Positions 19,847 through 32,402 are shown, numbered from the stretch's first letter. The stretch is DNA of 64,000 nt from an uncultured delta proteobacterium (GCA_963767925.1 CAVYGB010000008.1:1152001-1216000); one strand, 5' to 3'. The notes: generated by a model from the sequence alone, not told the origin. Numbers and translations: made by a program.

Positions 19847-22021
19847 ATGAGCGGATCCGCCTCCGATTTCCTGCGCAGCTTCGCCGAGACCCGCGCCTTC
19901 TCGCTGGGCCGTCCCACCCGCATCCAGCTCACAGCGGCGGGTGACGTGGCCCTGTTCTTGCGCAGCCCCGCCCGCTCTCCCGACCACGACCTGTATGAGC
20001 TGGAGGTGGCCAGCGGAAGGGTCCGCCGGCTGGCCAGCCCGGCCGATCTGCTCGGCGGGGTCGAGGAGGAGCTCTCGTTCGAAGAGCGCGCGCGCCGCGA
20101 GCGCCTGCGCATCGCCGACCGAGGGTTCACCTGGTACGCGCTGTCGCCCGATGGCGCCGACGTGTTGCTACCCGCCTCGGGCCGGCTGTTCCTGCTGGGC
20201 CGGCTGGATGGCCGGATCCGCGCCTTGACGCCTCCCGGTCAGGGGGTGCTCGAGCCCCGCTTCTCCCCCGACGGCAACCGGATAGCCTTCGTGCGGGCCG
20301 GCGACCTGCACGTGCTCGATCTCGACCACCCCGGTGAGCCGGTCCCGCCCCGCCGCCTCACGCCGGGGGCCAGCGAGCACGTCCGCTTCGGCCTGGCCGA
20401 GTTCGTGGCCCAGGAGGAGATGGGGCGCTTCGAGGGCTACTGGTGGTCGCCCGACGGCGCCTGGCTGGCGTTCGCCGAGGTGAACGAGGCGGGGCTGGAG
20501 CGCTTCGTGATCGGCGACCCGGCCCGACCCGAGCAAGCGCCCCTGCGCATCCCCTACCCGCGGGCCGGGCGCAACAACGCCGAGGTACGCCTGGGCATCG
20601 CCCCGGCCGATCCCGCGCCCGGCACCGCCCCCGCCCCGATCTGGGTGACCTGGGACCGCGACCGTTATCCCTATCTTTGCCGGGTGCTCTGGGACAGCGA
20701 CCGGGCGCCCCTCTCCATTCTGGTGCAGACCCGCGACCAGCGCGAGGTGGCGCTGCTTGCGGTCGACAGCGGCGAGGGCACCACGCGCACGCTGCTCTCC
20801 GAGCGGGACGAGCACTGGGTTAACCTCGACCGGGACCTGCCCCGCTGGTTGCCGGACGGCAGCGCGCTGCTCTGGGGAAGCGAGCGATCCGGCCGGCGGG
20901 TCCTCGAGCTGCGCGACCCCGAGGGGCGCTTCGTCCGGGAGATCTCCGCCAATGGGGACGGGTTCATCGCCCTGTGCCACGTGGCCCCGGATTCCAGCTC
21001 CCTCTTCGTCCTCGAGGGGGGGCCGGTCGGCAACCGCCTGGCCCGCATCGAGCTGCAGTCGGGCCAGCGCGAGACCTTGACCGCGGACCGGGCCGAGCAC
21101 GCGCCGGTGTTCGCTGCCAGCGGCAGGGTCTGGGTGGATTCCCTGACCAGCCCCGATGGGTTGCCTCGCAGCGTGGTGGTGACCCGGGGTGGGGGGCCAC
21201 CCGTCCCGGTGCCCGATTTGGCCGAGACGCCTCCCTGGACGGTGAACCTCGAACTCGTCGAGACCGCGGACGAACGGCGCTTCCAGGCCGTGCTCATCCG
21301 CCCGCGGGCCTTCGAGCCGGGGCGCCGGTATCCCGTCGTGCTGCACGTCTACGGCGGCCCCCACAGCTTGATGGTGCGGGCCGACCAGCGGCACTACCTC
21401 TACGACCAGTGGCTCGCCGATCAGGGATGTGTCGTCGTGGCCCTCGACAACCGCGGCACCCCCCGGCGCGATCGGGCCTGGGAGCGGGCCATCAAGGGCG
21501 GCTTCGGGGACGTCCCCCTCGACGATCAGGTGGCCGGGCTGCAGGCCCTGGGCCGGCGTTTCCCGGAGCTCGACCTGGATCGGGTGGCGGTCTACGGCTG
21601 GTCGTTCGGGGGATACCTCGCCTGCCTGGCCCTCCTGCGCCGGCCCGACGTGTTCAAGGTCGCGGTGGCCGGAGCGCCGGTCGTCGACTGGCACGACTAC
21701 GACACCCACTACACCGAGCGCTACCTCGATCTGCCCGGCCAGGCGCCGGAGGCGTACCGGGGCGCCAGCCTGCTCACCTACGCAGCCCAGCTCCAGCGCC
21801 CGCTCCTGATCGTCCACGGCACCGCCGACGACAACGTGTACTTCTTTCACTCGCTCAAGCTGGCCGACGCCCTGCTGCGGGCCGGTCGACCGTTCACCTT
21901 CCTCCCGCTGCCGGGGGTGACCCACCAGATCAGCGACGCGGTCGTTCGGGAAAAACTTTGGTGCCGGATTGGCGAGTTCCTGCTGGGGGAGCTGGCCCGG
22001 GTTCACCCGGAGTGTCGCTAG
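19847..22021 (+). CDS. S9B dipeptidyl peptidase IV family protein
   Basis: AQEEM.R..GYWWSPD, VYGGP, GWSFGG nucleophile motif and HG..DDNV; no obvious signal peptide. Confidence 0.92.
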   Translation: MSGSASDFLRSFAETRAFSLGRPTRIQLTAAGDVALFLRSPARSPDHDLYELEVASGRVRRLASPADLLGGVEEELSFEERARRERLRIADRGFTWYALSPDGADVLLPASGRLFLLGRLDGRIRALTPPGQGVLEPRFSPDGNRIAFVRAGDLHVLDLDHPGEPVPPRRLTPGASEHVRFGLAEFVAQEEMGRFEGYWWSPDGAWLAFAEVNEAGLERFVIGDPARPEQAPLRIPYPRAGRNNAEVRLGIAPADPAPGTAPAPIWVTWDRDRYPYLCRVLWDSDRAPLSILVQTRDQREVALLAVDSGEGTTRTLLSERDEHWVNLDRDLPRWLPDGSALLWGSERSGRRVLELRDPEGRFVREISANGDGFIALCHVAPDSSSLFVLEGGPVGNRLARIELQSGQRETLTADRAEHAPVFAASGRVWVDSLTSPDGLPRSVVVTRGGGPPVPVPDLAETPPWTVNLELVETADERRFQAVLIRPRAFEPGRRYPVVLHVYGGPHSLMVRADQRHYLYDQWLADQGCVVVALDNRGTPRRDRAWERAIKGGFGDVPLDDQVAGLQALGRRFPELDLDRVAVYGWSFGGYLACLALLRRPDVFKVAVAGAPVVDWHDYDTHYTERYLDLPGQAPEAYRGASLLTYAAQLQRPLLIVHGTADDNVYFFHSLKLADALLRAGRPFTFLPLPGVTHQISDAVVREKLWCRIGEFLLGELARVHPECR

Positions 22022-22063
22022 CGAGCCCCCTGGCCCGTCGGTGGGCCTTCGGGCTAGCTCGAG

Positions 22064-22092
22064 TTTTAGATTAGACTCCGTCTAGCTTTAGA
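22064..22092 (+). promoter_or_regulatory. AT-rich dyad (TAGAC-TCC-GTCTA, repeated TTAGA) upstream of rubrerythrin; putative Fur/PerR-family operator
   Basis: The dyad is seen directly next to a -10-like TAAACT (22094-22099). Regulator identity is inferred from context. Confidence 0.45.
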
Positions 22093-22128
22093 GTAAACTA
22101 CGACCCGACGACGCAGGAGGACGCGCGC

Positions 22129-22548
22129 ATGCCCAATCTCAAAGGATCCAAGACCCACACCAACCTCAAGGACGCCTTCGCGGGGGAGTCCCAGGCCAAC
22201 CGGCGGTACCTGTACTTCGCCAAGCAGGCCGACGTGGAAGGCTACCCCGAGATCGCCGGAAATTTCCGGGACACGGCCGAGGGGGAGACCGGCCACGCCC
22301 ACGGGCACCTCGACTATCTCAAGAGCGTGGGCGACCCCGCCACCGACCTTCCCATCGGGGACACCTCCCGGAACCTCAAGTCGGCGGTCGCCGGGGAGAC
22401 CCACGAGTACACGAGCATGTACCCGGGCATGGCCAAGACCGCCCGCGAGGAAGGCTTCGCCGAGGTCGCCGACTGGTTCGAGACCCTGGCCAAGGCCGAA
22501 AAGGCCCACGCTGGCCGTTTCCAGAGCCTCCTCGACAAGATCGGCTGA
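22129..22548 (+). CDS. Rubrerythrin (short form, no rubredoxin domain)
   Basis: [25 protein letters not shown] and AE..HA di-iron motifs; AGGAGG ribosome-binding site. Confidence 0.95.
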   Translation: MPNLKGSKTHTNLKDAFAGESQANRRYLYFAKQADVEGYPEIAGNFRDTAEGETGHAHGHLDYLKSVGDPATDLPIGDTSRNLKSAVAGETHEYTSMYPGMAKTAREEGFAEVADWFETLAKAEKAHAGRFQSLLDKIG

Positions 22549-22583
22549 GTAACCCCCCGAGGCAGGGACTGCCTCCGGGTCCT

Positions 22584-22632
22584 GCACGGCTCCCGTCCCG
22601 GATCGGCAACGGTCCCGGGGACGGGGGCGTGC
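22584..22632 (+). other. Strong intercistronic hairpin with GCAA tetraloop
   Basis: GCAC-G-GCTCCCGTCCC-GGATCG-[GCAA]-CGGTCC-CG-GGGACGGGGGC-GTGC; no U-tract follows. Confidence 0.6.
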
Positions 22633-22661
22633 GAGACCGGTGAGGTCCCGGAGAGACTGGC

Positions 22662-24038
22662 ATGTCCGATCCGATCTCCTACGCGCCCACCGATGGCCTT
22701 TCTTACGATCCCGAGGAGCCGGCCTACTGGGACGAAGGGGCGCTCCGGAAGGAGGTCGATCGGGTCTTCGACATCTGCCACGGCTGTCGCATGTGCTTCA
22801 AGTACTGCGACGCCTTCCCGAACCTGTTCAAGCTCATCGACGAGAAACACGACGGGAGGGTGGCCACGCTGAGCGAGGGCGAGCGGGAGGCGGTCATGGA
22901 CGACTGCTTCCAGTGCAAGCTGTGCGAGGTGCAGTGCCCCTACACGCCCCGGGACAAACACCCCTTCAAGCTGGACTTTCCCAAGCTGGTGCACCGCTAC
23001 CGGGCGGTCCTGCAGCGCAAGCGCGGATCGACCCTGCGCGAGCGATTCCTTGGCGATCCGGACAGCGCCGGGCGGGCGGCGCGGGCCAGCGGTGGGCTGG
23101 TCAACCGCATGAATCGCCTGGCGGCCCACCGCTGGTTCCTCGAGAAGACCATCGGGATCCACCGCAAGAAGCTGCTCCCGGCCTTCGCTCGACAGACCTT
23201 CGAGGAGTGGGCCTCGGCCGAGAACCTGATCCCGGCCGTGCCGGGCGGGGAGGCGGTCCTCTTCCAGACTTGCTACGTGCAGAACAACGAACCGGAGATC
23301 GGCCAGGACACCATCGAGGTGCTCCGGCGCAACCAGGTCGACGTGCGCTGCGCCCGCGGGCTCGAGTGTTGCGGCATGCCCGCCTGGGAGAGCGGCAACT
23401 TGCCCGAGTTGCAGAAGCGGGCCCACCGGAACCTCGACGTGTTGCTGCCCTATGTGGAAAAAGGGGCCAAGGTGCTGGCCATCAACCCGACCTGTTCGAT
23501 GATGATGCGGCGGGAGTATCCCACCCTCGTGGCGGGCGAAGATCGGGAGCGGGCCGGCCGGCTGGCCGAGGCCATCCGGGATCCCAGCGAATACCTCTGG
23601 TCGCTGCGGGACGAGCCGCGCTTCTCCCGTGACTTCAAGTCCCACCCCGAGCAGGTCGCTTACCACGCCCCCTGCCACCTGCGGGCGCAGGCCATCGGGT
23701 TCCGGGGCCGGGACCTGATCCGGCGCACGGGCGTGCAGGACGTGGCGTTCGTGGGCGAGTGCTGCGGCCACGACGGCACCTACGCCATGACGGTCGAGGG
23801 CTTCGAGCCGTCGGCCCGGATCGGTCAGAAGGCCTTCGCCGGCATGAAGGAGCCGGAGAAGGCCACCTGGGTGACCGACTGTCCGCTGGCGGCGCTGCAG
23901 TTCGAGCAGCACGCCGGCACCAAACCCCTGCACCCGATGTCGCTGCTCGCCCGCGCCTACCGGGGCGACTCGTTCCAGATCGGCGCGGAAGCCAGCGCTC
24001 CGGAAGCCAGCGACTCGGACAACGGCGAGAAGAGGTGA
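22662..24038 (+). CDS. Rubrerythrin-associated Fe-S oxidoreductase (GlpC/HdrB-like CCG domains)
   Basis: CHGCRMC..YC, CFQCKLC...CP, CCGMP, HAPCH and ECCGHDG motifs. Confidence 0.9.
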   Translation: MSDPISYAPTDGLSYDPEEPAYWDEGALRKEVDRVFDICHGCRMCFKYCDAFPNLFKLIDEKHDGRVATLSEGEREAVMDDCFQCKLCEVQCPYTPRDKHPFKLDFPKLVHRYRAVLQRKRGSTLRERFLGDPDSAGRAARASGGLVNRMNRLAAHRWFLEKTIGIHRKKLLPAFARQTFEEWASAENLIPAVPGGEAVLFQTCYVQNNEPEIGQDTIEVLRRNQVDVRCARGLECCGMPAWESGNLPELQKRAHRNLDVLLPYVEKGAKVLAINPTCSMMMRREYPTLVAGEDRERAGRLAEAIRDPSEYLWSLRDEPRFSRDFKSHPEQVAYHAPCHLRAQAIGFRGRDLIRRTGVQDVAFVGECCGHDGTYAMTVEGFEPSARIGQKAFAGMKEPEKATWVTDCPLAALQFEQHAGTKPLHPMSLLARAYRGDSFQIGAEASAPEASDSDNGEKR

Positions 24039-24043
24039 GTCAG

Positions 24044-24598
24044 ATGCGCAAGGTCCAGCGCTCGGAGATCGTCGACTATCAGACCTACAACGACCAGCGG
24101 GAGGTCACCCGCGCCGCCATCTTCGACGCGAAGAAGGTCCGGCGGATACACCTCGGGGACTGTCTCACCTTCTTGTTCGAGAACGCCGACACCATCCGCT
24201 ACCAGATCCAGGAGATGATGCGGGCCGAACGCATCGTGCGGGAGGCCGACATCCAGCGGGAGGTGGACACCTACAACGCCCTGCTGGGCGACCCGGGCGA
24301 GCTGGGCTGCTGCCTGCTGATCGAGATCGACGAGCGCAGCGAGCGGGAGCGCCGCCTGCGCGAGTGGAAGGGGCTCCCCCGGCACCTGTATCTGCGCTGC
24401 GACGACGGTAGCCTGGTGCGGGCCCAGTTCGACGCGAGCCAGATCGACGACGAGAAGATCTCGGCGGTGCAATACCTGAAGTTCTCCCTGGGCCAGCGGC
24501 TGCCGACCGGGGTGGGCTGCGATCTGCCCGACCTCACCGCCGAGGCCGCCCTGAGCGAGGCGCAGCGGTCGGCCTTGCGGGCCGATCTGGCGAGCTGA
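24044..24598 (+). CDS. DUF3501 family protein
   Basis: K..RRI.LG...TFLFEN..TI.YQIQEM.R.E and SAV.YLKF motifs; typical third gene of the rubrerythrin cluster. Confidence 0.88.
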   Translation: MRKVQRSEIVDYQTYNDQREVTRAAIFDAKKVRRIHLGDCLTFLFENADTIRYQIQEMMRAERIVREADIQREVDTYNALLGDPGELGCCLLIEIDERSERERRLREWKGLPRHLYLRCDDGSLVRAQFDASQIDDEKISAVQYLKFSLGQRLPTGVGCDLPDLTAEAALSEAQRSALRADLAS

Positions 24599-24686
24599 CT
24601 CCAGCCCCGGGGTCGGTCGGCCGATGAGCGCCGGCCGGTTGCTTGCCTGGCGCCCCTACGTTTCCTTGAGGTAAGGTTTCTCTTCC

Positions 24687-25865
24687 ATGCCGCTCAGTAC
24701 CTACCGCCTGTCCCTGCTGCCACCCTATGTGCTGGCCCGGGTCGACGAGCTCAAATCGCGCCTGCGCGCCGAGGGCCGCGAGGTCTACGACTTCGGGCTC
24801 GGCAATCCGGATGGTCCCAGCCCCGCCGCGGCGGTGGCCCGCCTCACCGCCGAGCTGGGGCGACCGGGCTTTCAGCGGTACATGCCCTCGCGGGGGTTGC
24901 CCGAGGTTCGTCAGGCCATCTGCGCCTGGTATCAGCGCCGCTACAGCGTGACCTTCAACCCCGACACCGAGGCGGTGGCCACCATCGGCTCGAAAGAAGG
25001 CATCGCCCACCTCCTGCTCGCGCTGGTGGGGCCGGGCGACGGCGTGCTGGCGCCCGATCCGGGCTATCCCATTCATCAATGGGGGGTGGTGCTGGCCGGG
25101 GGTCAGCCCTTGCCGGTCGCGGTGGGGCCCGACAAGAACCCCTTCGCCGAGATCGAGGCCGCGCTGGCCCGGGCGCCGCGGCCACCGGTCGGGCTCATCG
25201 TCAATTTCCCCCACAACCCCACCACCGCGATCGCCGACCTGGCGTTCTACGAGCGGGTTGTGGACCTGGCCCGCCGTTCGAAGATGTGGGTGATCTCCGA
25301 CCTGGCCTACGCCGACCTGGTGTTCGACGATCGGCCGGCCCCGAGCATCTTCCTGGTCAAGGGCGCGCGGGACGTGGCCATCGAGTTCTTCACCGTGTCG
25401 AAGAGCTATTCGATGCCCGGCTGGCGGGTCGGCTTCGCGGTCGGCAATCCCGATCTGGTGGGCGGGCTGGCCACGATCAAGGGGTACCTGGACTACGGCG
25501 CGTTCGCGCCCACCCAGCTCGCGGCGGCTACCGCCCTGGGACAGGGCTGCGATGGCGAGGTCGCCTCCAATCGGGCCCTGTACCGCCGCCGGGCGGAGGT
25601 GCTCGGGGGAGCCCTGGCGGCGGCCGGCTGGCAGGTGGCGGCGCCGCGCGCCACCATGTTCCTCTGGGCTCCCATTCCGGAGCGCTTCCGGGCCATGGGA
25701 GCCGTCGACTTCTCGGCCGAGATGCTCGAGAAAGCCGGGGTGGCGGTGGCGCCTGGGGTGGGTTTCGGGGCCGGGGGGGAGGGGTACGTCCGGTTCTCCC
25801 TCATCGAGTCGGATGACCGCGTGCAGCGCGCCGCCGAGCAAATCGGCAAGCTGCTGAAGTCGTGA
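24687..25865 (+). CDS. PLP-dependent class I/II aminotransferase (AlaC/LL-DAP aminotransferase-like)
   Basis: D.G.GNPD, GSKEG..H, NFPHNPT, DLAY and SKSYSMPGWRVG motifs. Confidence 0.92.
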   Translation: MPLSTYRLSLLPPYVLARVDELKSRLRAEGREVYDFGLGNPDGPSPAAAVARLTAELGRPGFQRYMPSRGLPEVRQAICAWYQRRYSVTFNPDTEAVATIGSKEGIAHLLLALVGPGDGVLAPDPGYPIHQWGVVLAGGQPLPVAVGPDKNPFAEIEAALARAPRPPVGLIVNFPHNPTTAIADLAFYERVVDLARRSKMWVISDLAYADLVFDDRPAPSIFLVKGARDVAIEFFTVSKSYSMPGWRVGFAVGNPDLVGGLATIKGYLDYGAFAPTQLAAATALGQGCDGEVASNRALYRRRAEVLGGALAAAGWQVAAPRATMFLWAPIPERFRAMGAVDFSAEMLEKAGVAVAPGVGFGAGGEGYVRFSLIESDDRVQRAAEQIGKLLKS

Positions 25866-25870
25866 GGGAA

Positions 25871-25900
25871 TTGACAGGGCCCCTGTCGACAGAGTAAAAC
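25871..25900 (+). promoter_or_regulatory. Sigma70-type promoter of rplM (TTGACA-18 nt-TAAAAC), 9 nt before the ATG
   Basis: Seen directly; no Shine-Dalgarno sequence between the -10 and the start codon. Confidence 0.55.
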
Positions 25901-25909
25901 TCGCGCCTC

Positions 25910-26359
25910 ATGCCGGCCGTAGCTATCAAAAACCGCTCCACGTTCCAGGCGAAACAACCCTTCGATCACGCCTGGTTCGTCGCCGACGTCGAGGGGAAGA
26001 CCCTGGGGCGCGCCGCGACCCGCATCGCGCACATCCTGCGCGGCAAGCACCGCGCCTCGTTCACCACCCACGAGGACGCAGGCGACTTCGTCGTCGTGAT
26101 CAACGCCGAGAAGATCGCCCTGACCGGCAAGAAGTGGACGGACAAGGTCTACCACGACCACTCGCTTTACCCGGGCGGTCTGCGCACCAAGACGGCCTCG
26201 CAGCTTCGCGATCGTCACCCCACCGACCTCGTGAAGCGAGCGGTCTGGGGGATGTTGCCGAAGGGGCCGCTCGGCCGCCGCATCTACAAGAAGCTGAAGG
26301 TCTACGCGGGCGCCCAGCACCCGCACGCGGCCCAGCAGCCCAAACCCCTTGCCCTGTAA
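25910..26359 (+). CDS. rplM: 50S ribosomal protein L13
   Basis: LGR.A..IA..LRGKH, GDFVVVINAEK and AV.GMLPK..LGR motifs. Confidence 0.98.
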   Translation: MPAVAIKNRSTFQAKQPFDHAWFVADVEGKTLGRAATRIAHILRGKHRASFTTHEDAGDFVVVINAEKIALTGKKWTDKVYHDHSLYPGGLRTKTASQLRDRHPTDLVKRAVWGMLPKGPLGRRIYKKLKVYAGAQHPHAAQQPKPLAL

Positions 26360-26380
26360 ATCGGACCTCGGGAGACGTTG

Positions 26381-26779
26381 ATGATCGATAGCGACAAGAG
26401 CTTGTATTCCACCGGCCGCCGCAAGAAGGCGGTCGCCCGTGTCTGGTTGCAGCCGGGCAACGGCAAGATCGAGATCAACACCCGCAGCCTCGAGGACTAC
26501 TTCGGGCGCGAGACCTCCCGGATGGTGTTCCGGCAGCCGATGGAGCTGACCGAGACCTCGGGGCAGTTCGACGTGTTCGTCACCGTGCTCGGCGGCGGCC
26601 TGTCCGGGCAGGCGGAGGCCATCCGCCACGGGATCTCCCGGGCCTTGATCAAGGTCAATCCGGAGCTGCGTCCCGCGCTCAAGAAGGCCGGCTACCTGAC
26701 GCGCGATTCGCGCGCCCGTGAGCGCAAGAAGTACGGTCAGCGCGGCGCCCGCGCTCGCTTCCAGTACAGCAAGCGCTGA
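26381..26779 (+). CDS. rpsI: 30S ribosomal protein S9
   Basis: [27 protein letters not shown] and ERKKYG...AR...Q.SKR motifs. Confidence 0.98.
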   Translation: MIDSDKSLYSTGRRKKAVARVWLQPGNGKIEINTRSLEDYFGRETSRMVFRQPMELTETSGQFDVFVTVLGGGLSGQAEAIRHGISRALIKVNPELRPALKKAGYLTRDSRARERKKYGQRGARARFQYSKR

Positions 26780-28251
26780 TGTCGCCTCCGCGCGGCGGAG
26801 GACCACCGGTTCGGTCTTTTGCGCGCGGTCCTCGACGGAGGCTCCTCGGCAAGCTCCTGCTTGCCGCGCTGGGGCCCACCCTGGCTGCGCTCGGCGGTTT
26901 CGGTTTCTTTGCGCACGAGACCGCCCGGCGCACGCTCGAGGAGGAGATGGGCCGCCGGCTGGGAACCGCGGCGGCCGGCGCCGCCCTGCAGGTGCTGCCG
27001 GCCCAGATCCGGAGCATAGGGGCGGGTGACGAGGAGCTGCTGACCTACGCCCGCTTGCAGCGGATCCTGGATCAGGCGCGGCAGCAGCTCCAGGTTCGGC
27101 GGGTGGCCCTCATCGCCGCCGATCTGACCGGGCGGGGCGACAGCGAAGGCCGGATTGCGCTGGGGGCGCGGGCGCACGAGCTCAGCGCCGACGCGGTCGA
27201 GCTGGCCCGGGCCGCCCGGGGCGGAACCGCCGCCTCACCCCTGTTCGTCGGCTACGACGGACGGGCCTACAAGCGGGCCTACGCCCGGGTGGGGACGCCC
27301 GACGACGTGGCCGGCTTCGTCGTGGTGGAGGCCAGCGCCGACTACCTGCTCTCCCTGGCTCGCTTCCGCCGCTGGTTCATGGCGGCGGGCGCGCTGGGCC
27401 TGGGGCTCATCGTGGCCTTCACGGCGGCGTTCGCCCGCCACCTCACCCGTCCCCTGGGGCGCCTGGCGGCGGCCGCCGAACGGATCGGGCGCGGCGACCT
27501 GGAGGCGGCGGTGCCCATCGAGACCCAGGACGAGGTGGGGCTGCTGGCCGCCCGCCTCGACGACATGCGCTCGGCGCTGCGGGCCCGGGACGAACGGCTG
27601 CAGATGATGCTGGCGGGGATCGCCCACGAGGTCCGCAATCCGCTCGGCGGCCTGGAGCTGTACGCCGGGCTGCTGCGGGAGAGTCTGGCCCACGAGCCCG
27701 AGCGGCTGGCTGACCTCGCCCGCATCGAGCGGGAGATCAAGTACCTCGAGAACGTGGTCACCGACTTCCTGGAGTACGCCCGCCGCCCCCGGGCCGAGCT
27801 GCGTCCGGTGCCCCTGGGACCGCTGCTCGAGGAGGTGGCCGAGGTGGGGGCGTTTGGCCGCGGCCCTCCCGGGCCGGGGGCGGTCGCCATCGAGGCCGCT
27901 GCCGATCTGGTGGTGCTCGCCGACCGCGGCCAGCTCCGGCGTGCGTTCCTCAACCTGGTCCGCAACGCCCTGACGGCCGCCGGGCCGGGGGGCCGCGTGG
28001 TGCTGTCGGCCCGGCTGGAGGACGGTCCCGAGGGACGGACCATCGCCTGCGAGGTGCGCGACAGCGGCGGGGGCGTCCCCGAGCCGCTGCGCGAGAAGGT
28101 GTTCGAGCCGTTCTTCACGACCGGCGAGAAGGGGACCGGCCTCGGTCTGGCCTTCGTGCGCGAGATCGTGCGTGATCACGGGGGGGAGGTGACGGTGGAC
28201 GTCGCCCCGGAGGGGGGCGCCCGGTTTCGCTTTCGCGTGGCCGCGGCCTGA
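26779..28251 (+). CDS. Membrane HAMP sensor histidine kinase
   Basis: Two TM segments, HAMP domain, H-box AHEVRNPL, N-box NLVRNA, D.G.G, FFTT and GTGLGL. The ATG overlaps the rpsI stop (TGATG). Confidence 0.93.
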   Translation: MSPPRGGGPPVRSFARGPRRRLLGKLLLAALGPTLAALGGFGFFAHETARRTLEEEMGRRLGTAAAGAALQVLPAQIRSIGAGDEELLTYARLQRILDQARQQLQVRRVALIAADLTGRGDSEGRIALGARAHELSADAVELARAARGGTAASPLFVGYDGRAYKRAYARVGTPDDVAGFVVVEASADYLLSLARFRRWFMAAGALGLGLIVAFTAAFARHLTRPLGRLAAAAERIGRGDLEAAVPIETQDEVGLLAARLDDMRSALRARDERLQMMLAGIAHEVRNPLGGLELYAGLLRESLAHEPERLADLARIEREIKYLENVVTDFLEYARRPRAELRPVPLGPLLEEVAEVGAFGRGPPGPGAVAIEAAADLVVLADRGQLRRAFLNLVRNALTAAGPGGRVVLSARLEDGPEGRTIACEVRDSGGGVPEPLREKVFEPFFTTGEKGTGLGLAFVREIVRDHGGEVTVDVAPEGGARFRFRVAAA

Positions 28252-28270
28252 TCGCGTATGCTTGCCGGCG

Positions 28271-29724
<1,454 letters not shown>

Positions 29725-29728
<4 letters not shown>

Positions 29729-30748
29729 GCCAGCCCACCCTGCTGTTCGCCGATGAACGGATGCTGGGGCACGACCCGGGGCCCGGTCACCCGGAGTCAC
29801 CCGCCCGCCTGGAGGCGCTCCTGGCCGACTTCGCGCGCAGCCCCCTGCCCGGGGTCGTGCGCCGGGCCCCCCGGCTCGCCACCCGGGCCGAGCTGGAGGC
29901 GGTGCACACGCCGGCCTACGTGGGCAGCCCTCGAGGCCCTCGCCGGCAAGGCCGCGCGGCTCGACCCCGACACCGTCGTGTCGAGCGGGAGCTGGGAGGC
30001 CGCTTGCCTCGGGGCGGGGGCCGCCGTGGCGGCTGTCGAGGCCGTCTGGGCCCGGGAGGCGGCCAACGCCTTCGTCTGGGCCCGGCCGCCCGGGCACCAC
30101 GCCGAGCAGGCCCAGGCGATGGGCTTCTGCCTGTTCAACAACGTGGCGGTCGCCGCCGAGGCCGCGCGCCGGCTGGGCGCCGAGCGGGTGATGATCCTCG
30201 ACTGGGACGTGCACCACGGGAACGGCACCCAGCACTTCTACGAGACCCGCCGGGACGTGCTCTTCCTGTCGTCGCACCAGTACCCGTTTTACCCGGGCAC
30301 CGGCGGTCCGGAGGAGATCGGGCGGGGGGCCGGGCAAGGGTTCACCGTGAACTGTGGTCTCCCCGCCGGGCAGACCGACGCCGACTACGGCGCGGTCTTC
30401 GAGGATCTGTTCCTGCCGATCGCCGACGCCTTCGCGCCCGACCTGGTCCTCGTGTCGGCGGGCTTCGATCCTCACGCGCGCGATCCGCTGGCCGAGATGG
30501 AGGTCAGCGAGCGGGGCTTCGCCGCCATGTGTGCGGCCATGCGCCGGCTGGCGGCGGCCCATTGCGACGGCCGGCTCGTGCTGGTGCTCGAGGGCGGTTA
30601 CGACCGGGCGGCCCTAACCGGGTCGGCTCGCGCCTGCCTCGAGGTGCTCACCGGCCGCGACGAGACCTTCCCGACGGGTGTGCAGCGGGCGGGGGAGGCG
30701 CTGGCGCGCAGCCGGGAGGCGCTGGCCGGCTTCTGGCCGCTGCGGTGA
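29725..30748 (+). CDS. Zn-dependent histone deacetylase family protein, with a +1 frameshift near 29922-29924
   Basis: HPESPARL and L..VH...YV in one frame; [30 protein letters not shown] and LEGGY in the next. Removing one G from TGGG gives a 340-aa ORF. Confidence 0.88.
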
Positions 30749-32259
30749 CGGCGCGGCTGCCCTCCGGCCTGTGGCCGGGGCCCTCGGGCCCGGCCGTGGC
30801 GACGCTGTTCTCCCGGCTCTACGCCCTGCTGCTGATCGTAGCCTGGCTGTCGCTGGCGGTGCAGGTCGAGGTGCTGATCGGCCGGGAGGGCCTGCTCCCC
30901 CTGCGCGAGCTCGTCGCGCGCGCGGCGGGAGCCAGATTCCTCGACTTCCCGTCGATCCTGCGCTGGCCGATCCTGGCCCGGGACGGCGTCTTGCTGGCCG
31001 GCACCCTGCTGGGGGCGGGGCTCGGCGGGGCGGCGCTGCTGGGTCGCTGGCCCAGGCTGGCCTTCTTCCTCTCCACGTTCCTGTACCTGAGCTACGCCAC
31101 CGCCTGCCGCAGCTTCCTGGCCTTCCAGTGGGACAACCTGCTGCTGGAGTGCGGCCTGCTGGCCACCTTCTTGCCCCGGGACCGCAGCAGCCCCGCCGCC
31201 CACCTGCTGTTCCGGATCGTCCTCTTCAAGCTCTACTTCGAGTCGGGCCTGGCCAAGTGGCAGTCGCCCATCGGCGACTGGCACGACGGCAGCGCCATGA
31301 CCTACTACTACGAGACCGCGCCCCTGCCGACCGCCCTGGGGTTCATCGCCCACAACTTGCCGCCCTGGTGGCACCACCTCGAGAGCCGGACCGCGCTGGC
31401 CCTGGAGCTGGTGGTCCCCTTTGCCATCTTCGGCCCGCGTCGGGCCCGCCTCATCGCGGCCGCCGCCTTCACCCTTTTCCAGCTCATCGACGCCGTCACC
31501 GCCAACTACGGCTTCTTCTGTTATCTGGCCCTGGCCCTGCACCTGTTCGTCCTGGAGGACCGGGATCTGGTCCGGGCCCGCGAGGGGATCGCCAAGCGGC
31601 TGCCGGGCGCGCTGGCCGCCCGGTTGCGGCTGGTCCCCGCCGCCAGCCCCGGACCACCGGCCGGCGGCTCTCCCTCCGCCCCGGACTGGCGCCGGCGGCT
31701 TCGACGGGGCCTCACCGCGCTGGGGCTGGGCACCTTCATCGGGATCTCGCTGATCGAGGGGCTGGAGCGGTTCGGCGGGCGGGGGGCCTGGTCCCGGACC
31801 CTCCTCCCTATCGAGCGTCTCTATGGCCCCCTGCGGCTGATCAACACCTACCACCTGTTCGCCTCGGTCACCCGCGAGCGGATCGAGCCGCAGGTCGAGG
31901 TCCGCACCGCCGGCCAGTGGCGCGAGCTCGATCTTCGCTACAAGCCGGGTGACCCTGGGCGCCTGCCCTCCTTCGTGGCCCCCCATCAACCCCGGGTCGA
32001 CTTCCTCCTCTGGTTCCACGGCCTGAGCTGGCAGCGCCCGCCCGACTACCTCGTCGCCCTGGTGGACCGCCTGTGTTACCGGCCGGCGGCGGTACGCGCC
32101 CTGTTCGCCACCCCGGTCCCGGATCGGGCCGAGGCGGTCCGCGTCGCCTACTACCGCTATCATTTCACCACGGTTACGGAGTGGCGCGCGACGCGACGTG
32201 TGTGGGATCGAAGCCTGGAGGGCCGGACCGAAGAGGTCACCTGCGCCGGCCACCCGTGA
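30745..32259 (+). CDS. Lipase maturation factor (LMF1) family membrane protein
   Basis: LIG..GLLP, F..FQWD.LLLE.G, YYETAPLP, TANYGFF, N.Y.LFA, YKPGD and APHQPR.D motifs; GTGA overlap with the deacetylase stop. Confidence 0.88.
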   Translation: MTARLPSGLWPGPSGPAVATLFSRLYALLLIVAWLSLAVQVEVLIGREGLLPLRELVARAAGARFLDFPSILRWPILARDGVLLAGTLLGAGLGGAALLGRWPRLAFFLSTFLYLSYATACRSFLAFQWDNLLLECGLLATFLPRDRSSPAAHLLFRIVLFKLYFESGLAKWQSPIGDWHDGSAMTYYYETAPLPTALGFIAHNLPPWWHHLESRTALALELVVPFAIFGPRRARLIAAAAFTLFQLIDAVTANYGFFCYLALALHLFVLEDRDLVRAREGIAKRLPGALAARLRLVPAASPGPPAGGSPSAPDWRRRLRRGLTALGLGTFIGISLIEGLERFGGRGAWSRTLLPIERLYGPLRLINTYHLFASVTRERIEPQVEVRTAGQWRELDLRYKPGDPGRLPSFVAPHQPRVDFLLWFHGLSWQRPPDYLVALVDRLCYRPAAVRALFATPVPDRAEAVRVAYYRYHFTTVTEWRATRRVWDRSLEGRTEEVTCAGHP

Positions 32260-32402
32260 GGGCACCGCGCCGGTCCGGCTGGCGAGAGCGACACCGGGGG
32301 TCTGCACGAGCTGTGATAAACAGGCTGCTTCTCCGATGAGGACTCCTCCAGCAGCCGCGCGGATCGTCCCGGCGTCCGCGCAGGGTCCCGCTGGCGGACA
32401 CC

